DNA of 64,000 nt. Source: Lepidodermella squamata (Eukaryota; Animalia; Gastrotricha). The DNA lies in NCBI GenBank assembly GCA_047495785.1, contig JBLDXI010000032.1:1736001-1800000 (forward strand). Reading direction: 5' to 3'. Numbering within the stretch: the first letter of the stretch is position 1; each line of letters opens with the position of its first letter. The notes beneath the pieces were generated by a model, which saw only the letters and a program-made list of their open reading frames with translations, ran no database searches and was not told the origin of the DNA. The position numbers were made by a program, and so were the translations under genes. Below are positions 11,301 through 24,400 of this stretch, piece after piece.

Positions 11301-14300
11301 ATTCCTCAGATAGTCCACCAGCTCGGACCCACAGAAACGCTCCATTTCGCAATGGGACACGGCGTTAATCAGGCTGTCCACTGCACACGTGTTGCTGGTT
11401 ACGTGATAGAACTCTTCTTTATCGGTTGAGAAAATTTTAACACTCCCTCCGTTTTGCAGCAAATATACGCCACCTGACAACATTGTTTCAGTAACGATGA
11501 CCGATTTCGAAGCCCCGCGTTGGTCATTTCCAGTTCCACGCGCAGGTCTTTCCGAAGTCCCAGCCGTTGGACCAGTCGAGGTTCCAGCCATTGGACCAGT
11601 CGAGGTTCCAGCCATTGGACCAGTCGAGGTTCCTGCCATTGGACCAGCCGAGGTTCCAGCAATTGGACCAGCCGAGGTTCCAGCCATTGGACCAGTCGAG
11701 GTTCCAGCTGTTGGACCAGCCGAGGTTCCAGCAATTGGACCAGCCGAGGTTCCAGCCATTGGACCAGTCGAGGTTCCAGCTGTTGGAACAGTCGAGGTTT
11801 CTGCCATTGGACCAGTCAAGGTTCCAGTTGTCGGAACAGCCGAGCTTCGAGTTTTTGGACCAGTCGAGGTCCCAGCCATTGGACCAGCCGAGCTTCGAGT
11901 TGTTGGACCAGTCGAGGTTCCTGCCATTGGACCAGTTGAGGTCCCAGGCGTGAAAACACATCCCAAAATGTCATCAGACACAGAGAAGTCGGATTGTTCT
12001 GAATCAGAAGTTGAAGAGCTGAGGATGTCGTTGTAGGCCTCGTCCACACCCCCATCACTTCCAAGGTCCCAAATGGGACGTTTAGGAGGCAAGGATTCCG
12101 TTGCTGAGCTAATCTTGGATGTTTGCTGGTAAGTAATTTCGAACCTCGCAGAAAATTCCTTAACCAGACGTTGAGCAGCATATCCGATCCTTTGCCGACT
12201 TTTTTCTTTCCGAAATTTTTCGACCTCTTTATCAGCAGTATCAGCCTGTCTGTTTCGTTTCTGTGGGGCCGGCATCTCGTCGGAGAGCTCGATTGCTGCC
12301 AGACGGCCTGATTGGCTGACTTCCAGCTTTCGTACAACAGCGGCAATTGACTGCTTCTTCTTACCTCCCAAGATGACGTTCTTCGTTGTATTTATTTCTG
12401 CTTCAACTGCCCCATTAGTGTAGTGACCAGGCGGCTTTTCCCATTTGGGACTGAAAGATTTGAAAATATTTTTACGAGTCCATTCTACTACTTTCAACCA
12501 CCCAGGGTGCCATGTGACTAAAATACTGAACTACGTTTCAAATTTAAGAGCACCAAGTGATCGAAATTGTTTTTATTCATAGTTTATTATTAAAACTCAC
12601 AAACGCTTCGCTGCAATTCCGCTAACAAAGAGAGCAGACCAAAGAGGAAAAAGCGGCAAAAGTCTGTCTAGAAGCGCATCCATTGCGAATTTCGCGTAGA
12701 AGATATTGCGGGTTGAATCACCATCAGCTTCCATTTCATCTGCGGCTGGAATTGAGTCGTCAATCGACCGTTCCCGAATGTAGGAAAACATTCCACAACA
12801 GGCCGAGAGCTTTTTATATGTCCCACATTGAAATTCTTTGGAATCCTCTGGCCCAGCTATGATATTCGAACAAGCTTCACCGTTTAAATCTTCAACAAAT
12901 TCTTCATCTCCTTGTATGGGAACCTCGGCTTTTGGCATACTTTCTGCGTAGATCTGCATCAGTGAGTTTAGATGGCTAATAGCCAACTCAACGTCTTCGC
13001 CATAATTCTCGGTATCGAATACCTTGCACATCAGGTGGAAAATCATGAGAGCCAGACCAAGGTTCTGAGCACTCTGCAGAAATGCGAAGCATTGCATAAA
13101 AAAGGTTTTGACATGCTTTTGCAAGTATTTTCTTCCTTTTGAATTCAAAATTCCCATGACTTCTTTGAATAGATGAGCCATGCAAAGGACGAGCAACGTG
13201 AAATGACCCAAATCAGACTGGATCTCGCTTTGAACTTTCCCAGAAGAATCGCGAAGGGCTGAAAAGGTGTAGTTGAGAACTCGCTGCAGGCGGCATTGAT
13301 TATAACATCGTGCTACAGCTTGCATCAAGGCAAAAGAATGATCGGTTACCACCGCATAAGGAGCCAGAACTTTGCCGCCTACTACATCATCCCAAGTGCT
13401 CCAAAGTACCTGAAGTGCATTGGAGATGGAAAATGCGTGCTGGTCAGAGAGGAAAAACTGTCCCATCGGAACCTTGGGACCACTTTCACCCAGCATTGGA
13501 CAACGCATGCAGAGCAGGTATAGGAAAACCCGTTTTCCAGTTAATAAATCATCCGCAACGACTTCACCCGTTGAATTAACATGAAAAACGTGGGATCTCC
13601 TCGCTTGCCGAGCCCATGTCTGACCCAGCCGAAATTGGCGATCGTAGCCAAGTACTACGCCAAGCGGTAGCATTGAGACGCCTCGAGCGTACCGTAGCTC
13701 ATCGTCCAGCGTCATTTGATCAACCAGCCACAAGAAGAGGTCAATGTATGGATTCTCGTGCATTCTTTGCTCCAAGTTTTGATCCGAAGATATCTTCTGA
13801 AGAACGGTCTCACTTGGTATAGCAGCCAAATTCACAAACTCTCCTTGTAAAAGGAAAAATACAGGTCATAACCAGTAAGAAAAAGCCAGCTAACTTTATG
13901 TAAAAATAATATCGAATAATAACACATTTCGTCTTTCCATTTCGAACACCGAACCAAAACTACAACTGACTCGGAAGTCGAATCAATGCGGTGTTATAAA
14001 AATATTCGGGTATGAAAAGTGGGCACCTTTATTTTAGGATTCCCGTGCTAACTACAACCGATATTGATTTAAAGTTCAGATTTTACAAATCTATTATTTT
14101 GATAATATGAGAAGTCTCGGAAGAAAATATTCGAAATATTTCTTCTTAGCTGACGACATTATTTATAGGCTAACAGCATGTGTTCGTGAGCGCTTCAATA
14201 TCGATCAAGAAAATTAAAGGCTGGCCAACAGCGCGCAGTTTGCAATAAAATAAAAAATTCACCTCGAACTCTTCTTTTGTGAGCCTGATCGAGCAAAGCC

Positions 14301-15143
14301 CATAGGTAGGCCGCGGGTTTCTGCTGTCGTAGCTCTTTCGCCAACTGTTTTCGAGCAACACCTCGCGTTTGGATGGTTCGTGGCGTAACCGGCTCATGCA
14401 CCAGTGTCCCAATAATGGTTACCGTTACAGGAATACGATTATCCTGATTGAGTTGCCTGGGGTTGAACCTGAACTTGAACTTGCGGCAACCACTTTCTGC
14501 CTGGCAATACCCAGCACAAGTTACCGATGATCCGTTCTTAGTCACGTCGCTGTATTTCAGTTTAACGTCGCATTTGCGGACTTCTGCGGTCATTTTCGAC
14601 TGAAATAGGGTTGTCCAACCTGGCTTCAGGTGTTTGGACTGACGAGCTGATGGCAGATAAGGCGCAACTTCTTCTAGCGTTAACTGGAACTCATCGACAG
14701 CCTCCGGTATTGTCGCTGGCGATTTTTTTTCCATCACCTTCTTATTCCTGATGATTGGAGCCTCCGATGACTCGGTCAACGAAGAGCTGTTACTAGTCGA
14801 CTCGCTGCTGAGAAACTGAGGATGGTTATTGGCTATGTGCGTGTAGAGCCTGTGGCGAAGTGGACCGTCATTTTCACTGAATAGACGAGCTGCCAACCGC
14901 CCTACAACGGACTCGTGCCGTCGCCAACCTACGAATTCCATTATTAAAATCTCCATCAATTACGTATATCCCATTTTTATCACCTGAAACTAGTTGACCA
15001 GGATTTTTTTTGAAGAAATCCAGCAGCTTTTTGTCATCGATTGGCCTGTTGTCCTTGGCCCTCCGCCGAGCAGCACTGGCAGCAGGTGCCTCTATAGACA
15101 GCATCACCAGGTACAGCAGTAACAAACCGATAGGCTTGAACAT
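8383..15143 (-). CDS. Multi-exon NOF-like MULE transposase fused to a USP-like peptidase and a second degenerate USP-like domain
   Basis: GT-AG introns link exons at approx. 15143-14984, 14930-14263, 13843-12601, 12450-10636, 10575-10282, 10229-10113, 10038-9052 and three short 3' exons ending at 8383; frame was checked by hand at most junctions. Motifs: LKPGWT..C..C N-terminal domain; HVNSTG / VVTDHS / CMAH / TNGAVE (DDE core); NTCAVDS and GHYV...LLDD (USP boxes). Start codon uncertain. Confidence 0.8.
9572..9695. repeat. 9-bp tandem repeat (GAGCCTTGG/GAACCTTGG) encoding (KAP/KVP)n in the transposase
   Basis: About 13 units, seen directly. Confidence 0.95.
11556..11947. repeat. 24-bp minisatellite encoding (PMAGTSTG)n in the transposase
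   Basis: About 16 units of GGTTCCAGCCATTGGACCAGTCGA, seen directly; open in all six frames. Confidence 0.95.
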
Positions 15144-16499
15144 CACATTGCGCCCTGAAAAATATAGGTTGAATATATATCGACTGATCAGGACTTCAAT
15201 TTTCAATTTGAAATTGAACCAAACGCAAATGTATAAAAAAGTTGACATCTTCGAATATTTTTTAAATAATGGCGACTACGCCGCGACCTGAAGATGAGGA
15301 ACAGGCCTTTCATGTTTATTGTTTCATCAATCGTAAAATTCCAGAAAATCCAAAAAAACAGTTTTGTGAGAATTAATTAAAACTATAAGTAAGACCGCAA
15401 ACAATTATGAAAACGGCGATAGCCTCCGGCCGACCCTCCTCGGGAATATCTTACGGGTTTCAATTTAAATGTGGAGAAAGCTGAAAAAATTAGAAATACT
15501 CTCAAAATTTCCTAAAATTCAGAATGAACATGAAACCCGAGAGCGCCCAATCTATTCGAACATGCTCAATATGTATGCTCATTTCCTGTGACTGCGAACT
15601 CCTCAATAGGCGATAATAGATAATTTAAGACACTTTTAACATCGGCAATATCGCAGATATTACAGCCGCGAAATACTGAGGTAATAATAAACAGAAAATA
15701 CTTACTTTTTGGCTTTGACATCCCAATCTTCAAGGCCCTGTTAACCGTATGCATCTGAGTCACCCTCTAGTGTAACTAATTAGGAGATTCAAATGTATTT
15801 ATCGGTAATATCCAAAATATTTTCTAAAAAAGTGTCCGCATTTTGTAAATTGATTTTATTACAGATTTTAAGCGTTAGGCTCGAGAAAGGTGGGGGCGCA
15901 TAGTAGGCTGTAGTAGGATAAAATTAAAGAGCTGCATCGTCAATTTCGCTTTTTTGAGAGAAAAAACGGTGTTTTTCACCAAATATAAGCAACGTATTTC
16001 TTTAAACACCGCAAAATGACCTCGATCAATTCTGCGAATTTCTCTAGTCGCCTATGCCCCCATACTCATTAGCAAGAATAGGCCAAACAAATCTGTCGGT
16101 CAGTAGTCAGTACGCCTGCGCGTACGCGGGAGGGGCTTTATTGCGTGTAATAACTTTCGAAGAAGGCGCCCATTTTATTAGCGCACACCTGTTATCGGCA
16201 ATCACTTGTAGTAGTGGCGGCTCAATGTATAATAAAGCCCGTCGATAATTAGTAGACCAAATTGTATGTGGCAAATATTTTCATCTCAGCATTCTGTAAT
16301 TGTAATTTCATGTAAAAAAAAAGAAACAGCAGAGAAATCAGCAGAGAATCGGATAAAATCGCCTGTGAAAGCGCATTCTGCTAACCGCTCAAATTGAAAA
16401 TACATTGGAAAAATATATCCATATATTATTTCGGCTAATTTCAGTAACGTTTTAAATTATCAAATGTTATTGCCTAGAGCTGCCCTGCTGACAGAAAGT

Positions 16500-17270
16500 G
16501 TTTTCGACCACGCCCGATCGAATGGCGCTTCCTGCGCCACTGGCACAGGCACACCTGGGGTCACAGGTCACGTGACAAGCCAATTTTCGCGGTTTTTCCT
16601 CATAAATCAGGCAAAATAACCGATTTGCCGGCTCCGGTTACGCAAACGGACTTGAAATTCGTGATCAGGGCCGAAAACTGGTCTAGACGGTCATATCATA
16701 ATGCCTGGCACACAATCCTGCAAGGGTGTTTGACCCACTTTTTGTTGTAGTCACCCTGCGGTGCTAAAAATTGATATTTTACGGTATTTCGGCTACGTTT
16801 TCCACACTCAATTTTGATTGCATTGGGCTGTCAATTGGCAAACTAGGGTAATCGACCCCGCTCTATCGATTGGTCAATCCTGCATTGCCGGCACAAGCTC
16901 ACCTGAGGTCAAAGGTCACGTGATGGGTCATTTTATTGCTTATTTTCACAAATAATGGCACAAATCGAATTTTGTGCAGATTGGACACGCAAGAGGATTG
17001 CATATTCGTAATCGGCGCAAAATTCTACCCCAGTCCACCAAGTTTTATGACTGGCACAGTATCCTGCGAGGTTAATTTAGAACAGGGCGCATGTACTGTG
17101 ACCCTTAATTGCGTCAATCCTTAATTACTTGATGAAATCGATGCAGCAATCTCTGGAATACACCTGGATAAACTATTTAGGCCCTCAGACTGATGGCACA
17201 AGGGTGGCACAATAACGAAAATGAGCGGAACACAATCCTGCAAGATACGTCCTGCTAGCTTCAGCCGGGT
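16500..17270 (-). repeat. Right terminal inverted repeat of the MULE
   Basis: Ends ...GCTAGCTTCAGCCGGGT, mirroring the left start ACCTGGCTGAAGCTAGC. Confidence 0.95.
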
Positions 17271-20200
17271 AATAAAATCAAGGAAAACAAACACGAAGGG
17301 CGGTAAGAATGCTTCGAAATAATATTAAGGAGGACTTTTCAATTTACGCAAGATATTTGATTAATCCGCACGTGTGGAAGAGATGTGACAATTTGTATTT
17401 CAACTTTCGCTTCTCACAAAGGAGAAGCCCAAGAAATCGCCCGAAGGCTCATTGAATGTTCCCACGCACGGAAATCTTTAGTAAAAGGCGAAAGATTTGT
17501 ACGTTTTGCGCGGAAACCAGAGTACTGATAACTCGTAGATTTCTCAACCGCTTTCACAGGCAACGCACACCCTGCCCACCAGGCACATTTGCATATGCAC
17601 ACTTTTGCCTACGTATTGTGTTTGCACTTTTAATGCGCACGTGCCGCTTTGATAATAAAAGGAGTGACAAGGCGTGCACGCGATGAATCACTACTACGAC
17701 TCATTAATTACTTTCTATTTTATTATTTTACTATTTAAATCGGTGATTTTTTTAATATTTTCCATGAGTCTTATTTGATGGATAAAAGTAACCATTTTGG
17801 TACAAAGAATTTTCGGCCTTGAGAGTGTTATTTTCCAGTCTATTAGCCTAAGGTAAACGCAGATCGCTTTCTTGATCCGCAAGAAAAAAAATACCCTAGT
17901 AGCAAAAACGAATGCTGATTATCTGAACCGTGTCAATGATGCAAACACGCCCGGTAAATATACATTCACACCGACTCATTGCTTGATACTATACCTACCT
18001 ACAGAAAAATAAACCTCATTAACCAGTCGAGAGGTAAATAATACAGCGTGGGGCGTAACGGCTTGTCAGAACACGCGTTGATCGAAAAAATAACCCGGTG
18101 CAGCTCGATTATTTATTTTCATTATACACTTGAAAAATAGGTACAAAAGTTTTGTTACACCGAGGTAATATATCGTATCGTTCTAAAAACAATAAATCGC
18201 AATGTGCCGAATGCTGCGTATCTGCGGATACATCTGCACACATGTTTGCCGTTGTATTTTGCAGCATAGGATCCTGGGCTTTACTTCCTAGATTCTCGCA
18301 CTTGATGGTGTGGGGTCGTGAGTTTTGGCAGCAAACAAATTGGGTGCTAAGTTGTGATTGTGTTAGGTAATCGCGCGTATTTATTTTGGCGCGCGCGATT
18401 TTGATCACCCTACCCTGCTCGCCCCCTTAATACGCGCGAGATAACGGCAAAATAGTAAGGCCACGCGCCCGGGTGCGCATCCTCATCGCCACCACTTTGC
18501 CTCGTTAGGCTAACAAGCCCTTAACAACGTAATGTAACGCGTGAACAGACAGACGAAGGGTACTAATAATGGGGGTCATTATTTATATTACACCAAGCAT
18601 TATCTACGCTGTATATACAAAATCGATCATTTGTTGTGGTTTTATTAGCCTAGTGGGCCTTTAACGTTTCAACAATTCGTTGATTTCATTTGAGGGCAAA
18701 GCAGCAATGTTACTAGAGGTATAAAACGCTTGGCTAATCACATGGTAAAATCTCGTGTTGGCTTTTATACATTTATTTATTTATTATCTCACTCGACATA
18801 ATTTACTTAACATTTTTAGGTATTTTCTCATTAATGATGCTTCATCACTTCTTTGTGCGCTCGCAAACATGTTGTTTTTCCGTCGTGTTTAACAGCAACG
18901 CTTTACCTGAGATGGATCTAAGCTAATTTAAACAATGCAAACCTGTTGTTTGAAAGACGGACGCTTTTCGTCTTGAAAAAACACCTTTAAGAACTTCATC
19001 CAAGGAATTTCTCGCAATATTCCTCAAAAATTGCAAATTCAGCATGAAAGTTAGAAATCATTTCTAAAAGCTGAGTTTTTTTATTTTCCCAACAAAGCGA
19101 ACCTTAAATAACCCTTAATCATTTAAAACATATTAAATATCCATATTTTGTTAACTTTTTTATGAATTTGTTTGAGTGTTCTGTGGAAGGCGGCGAAGAA
19201 TGATTAGAAGGCGCGCTTTTTTGCGGCAATAATTACCGCATCTTTTATGGCGATGGCTGATGACCGCGCGTCAGCGGCTGCGTGACACGTGCATGTGACG
19301 GCGTCGCGGCAATTCACGTCAAATTTTTACGACTCGCGCGCTAAATTGGCACAAGAACGAATAACGCCGGGTGGTGGCTGCCGAGCTCTGTGTTCTACAC
19401 AGGCCGCGTGTGCCGCAAAACGACGGGACGCTGCTGCCACCCGTTGCGCTTAAAAATATATATAGCCTGTGACAAGCTTTTTCCGTGCGCGCGCGCTCGC
19501 GACAAATAATAGCAAACAAATAAATAAATAGCTGGTGATCGCCGCCGTTTTTCTGCTGTGCTGGGCGGCCGGGGCGATTAAATGCGATAAATAAACGCGC
19601 ATTTAAACACAGCCGTCAAATATTATCAGCACACCACATCCGTTCGTCGTTTTTAGCCCGCCACACGTTCGTTTTTGCTCACACCATGAAACTTGTTTTA
19701 AAAATTAACCATACAACTCTCGGCCTGGTTCTATACCGCTGTAAAACGACATCAACACATACAACACCCAGGAATTAAATAAGTAATAAAAATAAAAACA
19801 GTAGCAACCGTGCGCTTGTATGACGGCTTGTTTGAATAACGCACGCGCAAAAATAATTATTATGCATTTTTCGAGCGCGCAATAAATGCAATCAAAGCCA
19901 ATTTATCCTATTAGCGTTTACCTAGCCAGCCACTATACGTCACAATCAGGTAATCATAGTAAAAGGCACAATCAAAAATCATCAAACCAGCTGTATATTA
20001 TTGTCGCATCTTCGTCGACGGCGCTGATGCGTCGCGTCCCAAATCCGCACGCGGCGTTTTATTGTTGTTGATAGCTATGATAGTCAGTCAGTGCGTCCGT
20101 CGCCGATAAATCGCGGCTTGTTTTTATGCGGCGCGTCTTCAAGGCAAGTACTCTCAATTACGTCACTTGGCGGTCAGTATGGTAATAAATTTTAGGCACG

Positions 20201-21438
20201 AGTGACTTTTCTAAACAACGACGACCGCGTTTGATTATTGTTTATTACTAGAAAAATCACCATGCCGAAAATCCAGTGCAGGAATTATTTTTGATTATTA
20301 TTTCTTCTCGGTCAGTCTACTGTTCTTCTATTGCTGCGAGCCAAATTATTGCGCTTTTCAAGAGAGTGACCTACTTTGCTGTTGCTGCTTTTATTACCAG
20401 GGCGGGAGAATAAAAACTCCTCCTTAATGTAATAATTTTAGTGAGTCACTCGCATTTTTCTTTTGTGTTGCTGCTTTGGCGCGCTTTTTCTTTCTTGTCG
20501 ATTTGTTTAGATCGGTTTACTTGTTTGCTTGCTCACAAGTTGAGCCCCGCTGCGTGACACTAATACCCGTCGTCCGGCGGCTCCGCACCTCACTGAAATC
20601 CCTCGGAAACTAAATAACGCCAATCATCTCTAACATTAATCCTGCGGCTTAGATCGGCACCTCTCCCCGAAGACGGCCGCCGCCGCCGTCGCTAAATCTG
20701 CGTCTAATATTTTGTTTGTCTGGCTGGCCGAGTGTCTGCTGTGTCTGTCTGTCGCGAGAGGGGTTAAAGTCGTCGTCGAATTTTATTGCCCAGATGATGC
20801 GTGTGTAGCCTTATTAGTGCCTGATATAACTGATGTACCATGTATCATCATCATTAATTCATTTTTCATTCATAAAACGCGAATGCCTTTGCGCGCCTAG
20901 GCGATAAATCGATGCGTCTGGCCGGGCGCCGGGCGCCTTCCGCGCATGTTTATATTTACACGCCTTTTCGATAGCCAGTGGAAACAAGCTCATCATCATC
21001 ATCGCCTATCATCACGCGACTAGTTGCCGGCGTTACATAACTTGGCACGGCTGTTTCTTGGCTTTTCAACAGTAGCCACTATCTCGCCGTCTAGAATACA
21101 CACGGCCCGCCTTAATGAACTCAGATGAACTCATCCCGAGGGCGCTTATTGTTACATTGACTTGAAAACAGCCGTGTTTCATTGCCTACTTACTACTTAC
21201 TTACTTGACTAAATGTATTGCCATTTTATTTACCCGTCTCCCGCCGGTTATTTGTCGAAATTGGCCTGGCGCCGGGCCGCGTGCCTTAATTAAAAAACCG
21301 TTTCCTTTAATTGCGACTAAAAAGGAAACGATGCATCTCCTATTTTGGCATAAAAAAATGACGTTAGGCACGCGCTATTTTCATTCAGGAATTTCTCTAA
21401 TTGATTTTTTTCTGCTTAGGCTTATTTAATTGCCAAAG

Positions 21439-24400
21439 ATGAATGGTGAAGATGAGTTTAAGATTCAACTACCCCCGCCTATGCCGTTATTACTATCGAC
21501 AGCAGGCAGTAACGTTGCGAGTAGTGAGTCGAAACCTTTACTAAGCTCGGCCGGCTCTGGAACCTCTTCATCCTCAACGTCACCTACAGGCGCCCGGGCC
21601 TCTTCTTCAGACATCGCCGACGACTCGATTTGTTCGGCCAGCACCTGCAGTAGTAGCAACGGCGGGGCTGGGAAACGAGCCGATTCCGGCGTAAACAGTT
21701 CATCAGACGATTGCGCCGGGGGGAAGCACTGCATCTCAGCCTCTTCGTCAGCGAATCGTTTGATTCAAAGTCCGCCGATCAGCGAGCAATCAACTAAACC
21801 TAGCCAGCAAACTGCTCAGTCGAACCTGCGCCCAGTTTCGCCGGCGTTATCTCACGTTTCATTCGCGAATGAGCCGAAATTTCACATTTTAACCGACATT
21901 AATACGACGCCGATTAATGGCAATAGTAAGGCAGTGAATGGTGATATATCAGAGTCGAGTAGCAGCGTGATGCTGCCGCATTTTTCAGCAACTTTGATGC
22001 CGCATCGTTATTTCAACTCAAACCCGCGCTGCACTCGAGCTTCAACGCCGACGACAGCGAGGAAATTACTCCACCCGTCACTGCTAGTTTCCGCCAGCCA
22101 CCATCAGCTACAACCTATCCACATCGACCCGGCGACGGGTATGGCGATTCGCGTGAATGAATTGCAACACGTTTCGAACACGTTGCCTCGCCATCACGTC
22201 GTGCGAATCGATGAGGCGCGGCGCGAGGTGTCTAGCGATGATGATTCATCGTCGTCGGACGAAGACGACGCGCGCATTTTTTCAGACTCTTACAACCGCC
22301 GCGCTGTTCGCAATAATTTACGCCGATCTGTTCAGCAGCAACAGCAGCAATTACAGGTGATGTACCAGAATCAGCCGCATCATCATCTATCGACGATTCC
22401 TGAACTCGCCGAGTCGTCGATGATGGGGTCGGTTCATGCGGGTGTGGTGGCTTCAAACTTGGCGATTTCATCGCCGAATCGGACGTTATCTCAAGTCTTG
22501 GCCTATGTTTATGCGATTTTATTGTGCTCATTATCGCTCGCCTTCCTGTTGGGGGCAAATACATCGCCGAATTCGCTCAGTCCGACCTCGCTAACTGCAG
22601 GACAGGTAATTTTTTTTAATTTTTAATCGCCCTTAAATTTTTATAGGAACTAGTAACCTATAATTATTTGATGGCTTATTGACGCGGTTACTTGACCCGA
22701 TTTGACACTTGAACATGCTGTAATTACTGTATTAATCCACTTGAACGGCGCGACAATAACAGCCTTAAGGCTGTCGCACAAATGACCACCTCAATGCTCA
22801 ATACTCATTGCTCATTGCTTATTGCCTAGTGCCTATTGCTCACAGTTTTTGGGTCTTCACCACACACTGGTGCTCAATGCTCAAGTCATGAGTATTACCT
22901 ATAACTTAGGTATATAACACAGCTAACCAATGCTCATTGCTCAACTCAAAGTTTGAATCGCTCCAGGAGCGATTCAAAGTTGAGTTGAGCGATGAGCACT
23001 GGCACGCGCGCACGCGATTGGCTAGCGCGCGCGGGAAACCGGTTGTCAAACCGGCTCACCGTTTCAGACGAATATCGCCAATTGGCGAACGATTCAATGA
23101 ATTGATCAAATCAATTGGATAATTTGAAACTTAAATTTTGGGAAATTAATTTCGCGAAATAGAACATTTGCTCAAAAACTGATTTAATTTTTGTGAGCCA
23201 TCTATGATAAAAATTTGTTTAACTGCGCTTAAATAAAATGTTTTTGGTACCACTACGTAGCTCTCCAGTTCATTATTCAGATTTTAATGCCATATCAAAC
23301 GAATCGCGCATCATTAACAAGTTAAGGCGGGGTAAAATAACATCTACGCGCACATTACTCATTTTACTAGGTATTCATTTATGAATGTTTTTTTTACGCG
23401 CTGCTTAAGCAATAGGTATTGCTGAAACCGCCATTGCTCAATGCCCAATGCCTATTGCTCATTGCTCATTGCCTATTGCTCAAGGTACTCATTTGTGCGA
23501 CAGCCTTTAGGGCTTCTTCCTTCTTTTAGTAACGGGCCATTTTTAGGAGGGGCACATCCGTATTATATTATATCATCTGACCTAGTGCGTAGTATAATTA
23601 AACCGGCGACGGGGCGTTAATTGGCGACTATACGTGACGCCAGGCTCTAATTCAATAAGACACAAGCCATATGCTGTGAAAAATGATGTTGTCATTTGTT
23701 TACATATTTATTGTACCCTATTATTACCGCTGCGATATATTGGTGTTTTTAATTTAGGGCTTTTCGCATTTCCTGTTCGCGGGTTCGCTGATTGTTGCCG
23801 CCGTAGCCGCCTATAAGCAGTTCACTTCACCGGTTGTTGTCAAACCGGGTAATAATTCGCATCGCCGGTCTTTGCGGCGGCGTCGACGCGTCATCGCGGC
23901 CAACACCAAGCATCAAGATACTAATAAGCAACAGCTATTCGATCACGTGGCCGAGGAACATGGCCGGCTTACCGAGGCGACGCTGCCTATTGCGTCTGAT
24001 GGCAGCGGTAAAATCACGTCTCATCAAGGCTATCTTCGCAATTTCGAAAAAGCCACTCTTACAGGTAATTTATTTTAATTGAAAAAATCGAAATAACGAT
24101 AGAATGAAAATGAATGGCGACTCAATTTAAAAAATTTGGAAAAATTGAAAATATGTTTTCTTCAGAAGTTTTTGGGATTTTTTTAAATTTTTGAAAAATT
24201 AATGTTCAATTAAAATTTTATTATTATTTTGTAAAGCTGTAAACATATGGTAAAAATTTTTTTTATTTCAGTCATTTGCCTGGCCTCGTTTTTCTACTAT
24301 GGCGGCAGTTTTGCCGAAGCGCTTAACAATGCCGTCGGCTTCTTCACTAGCTCGGCTAGCAGCGAGCCTAGCGTTGAAAATGCCAGCAATGCCTCGATAA

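Larger units (their letters stand above)
7173..17270 (-). mobile_element. Full-length Mutator-superfamily (MULE, FB-NOF-like) DNA transposon, ~10.1 kb
   Basis: 771-bp near-identical TIRs (7173-7943 and 16500-17270). AATAAAATC flanks both ends (7164-7172, 17271-17279) as a 9-bp TSD. Internal spliced DDE transposase with CxxH. Confidence 0.92.

Noticed and set aside
11399-12036. Several overlapping repeat-protein ORFs (EVPAIGP, WTSRGSS, LDQSRFQ, WNLDWSN); possible CRISPR-like array
   Set aside because: These are alternate frames of a stop-free 24-bp minisatellite. There are no unique spacers, and only the transposase frame extends on both sides.
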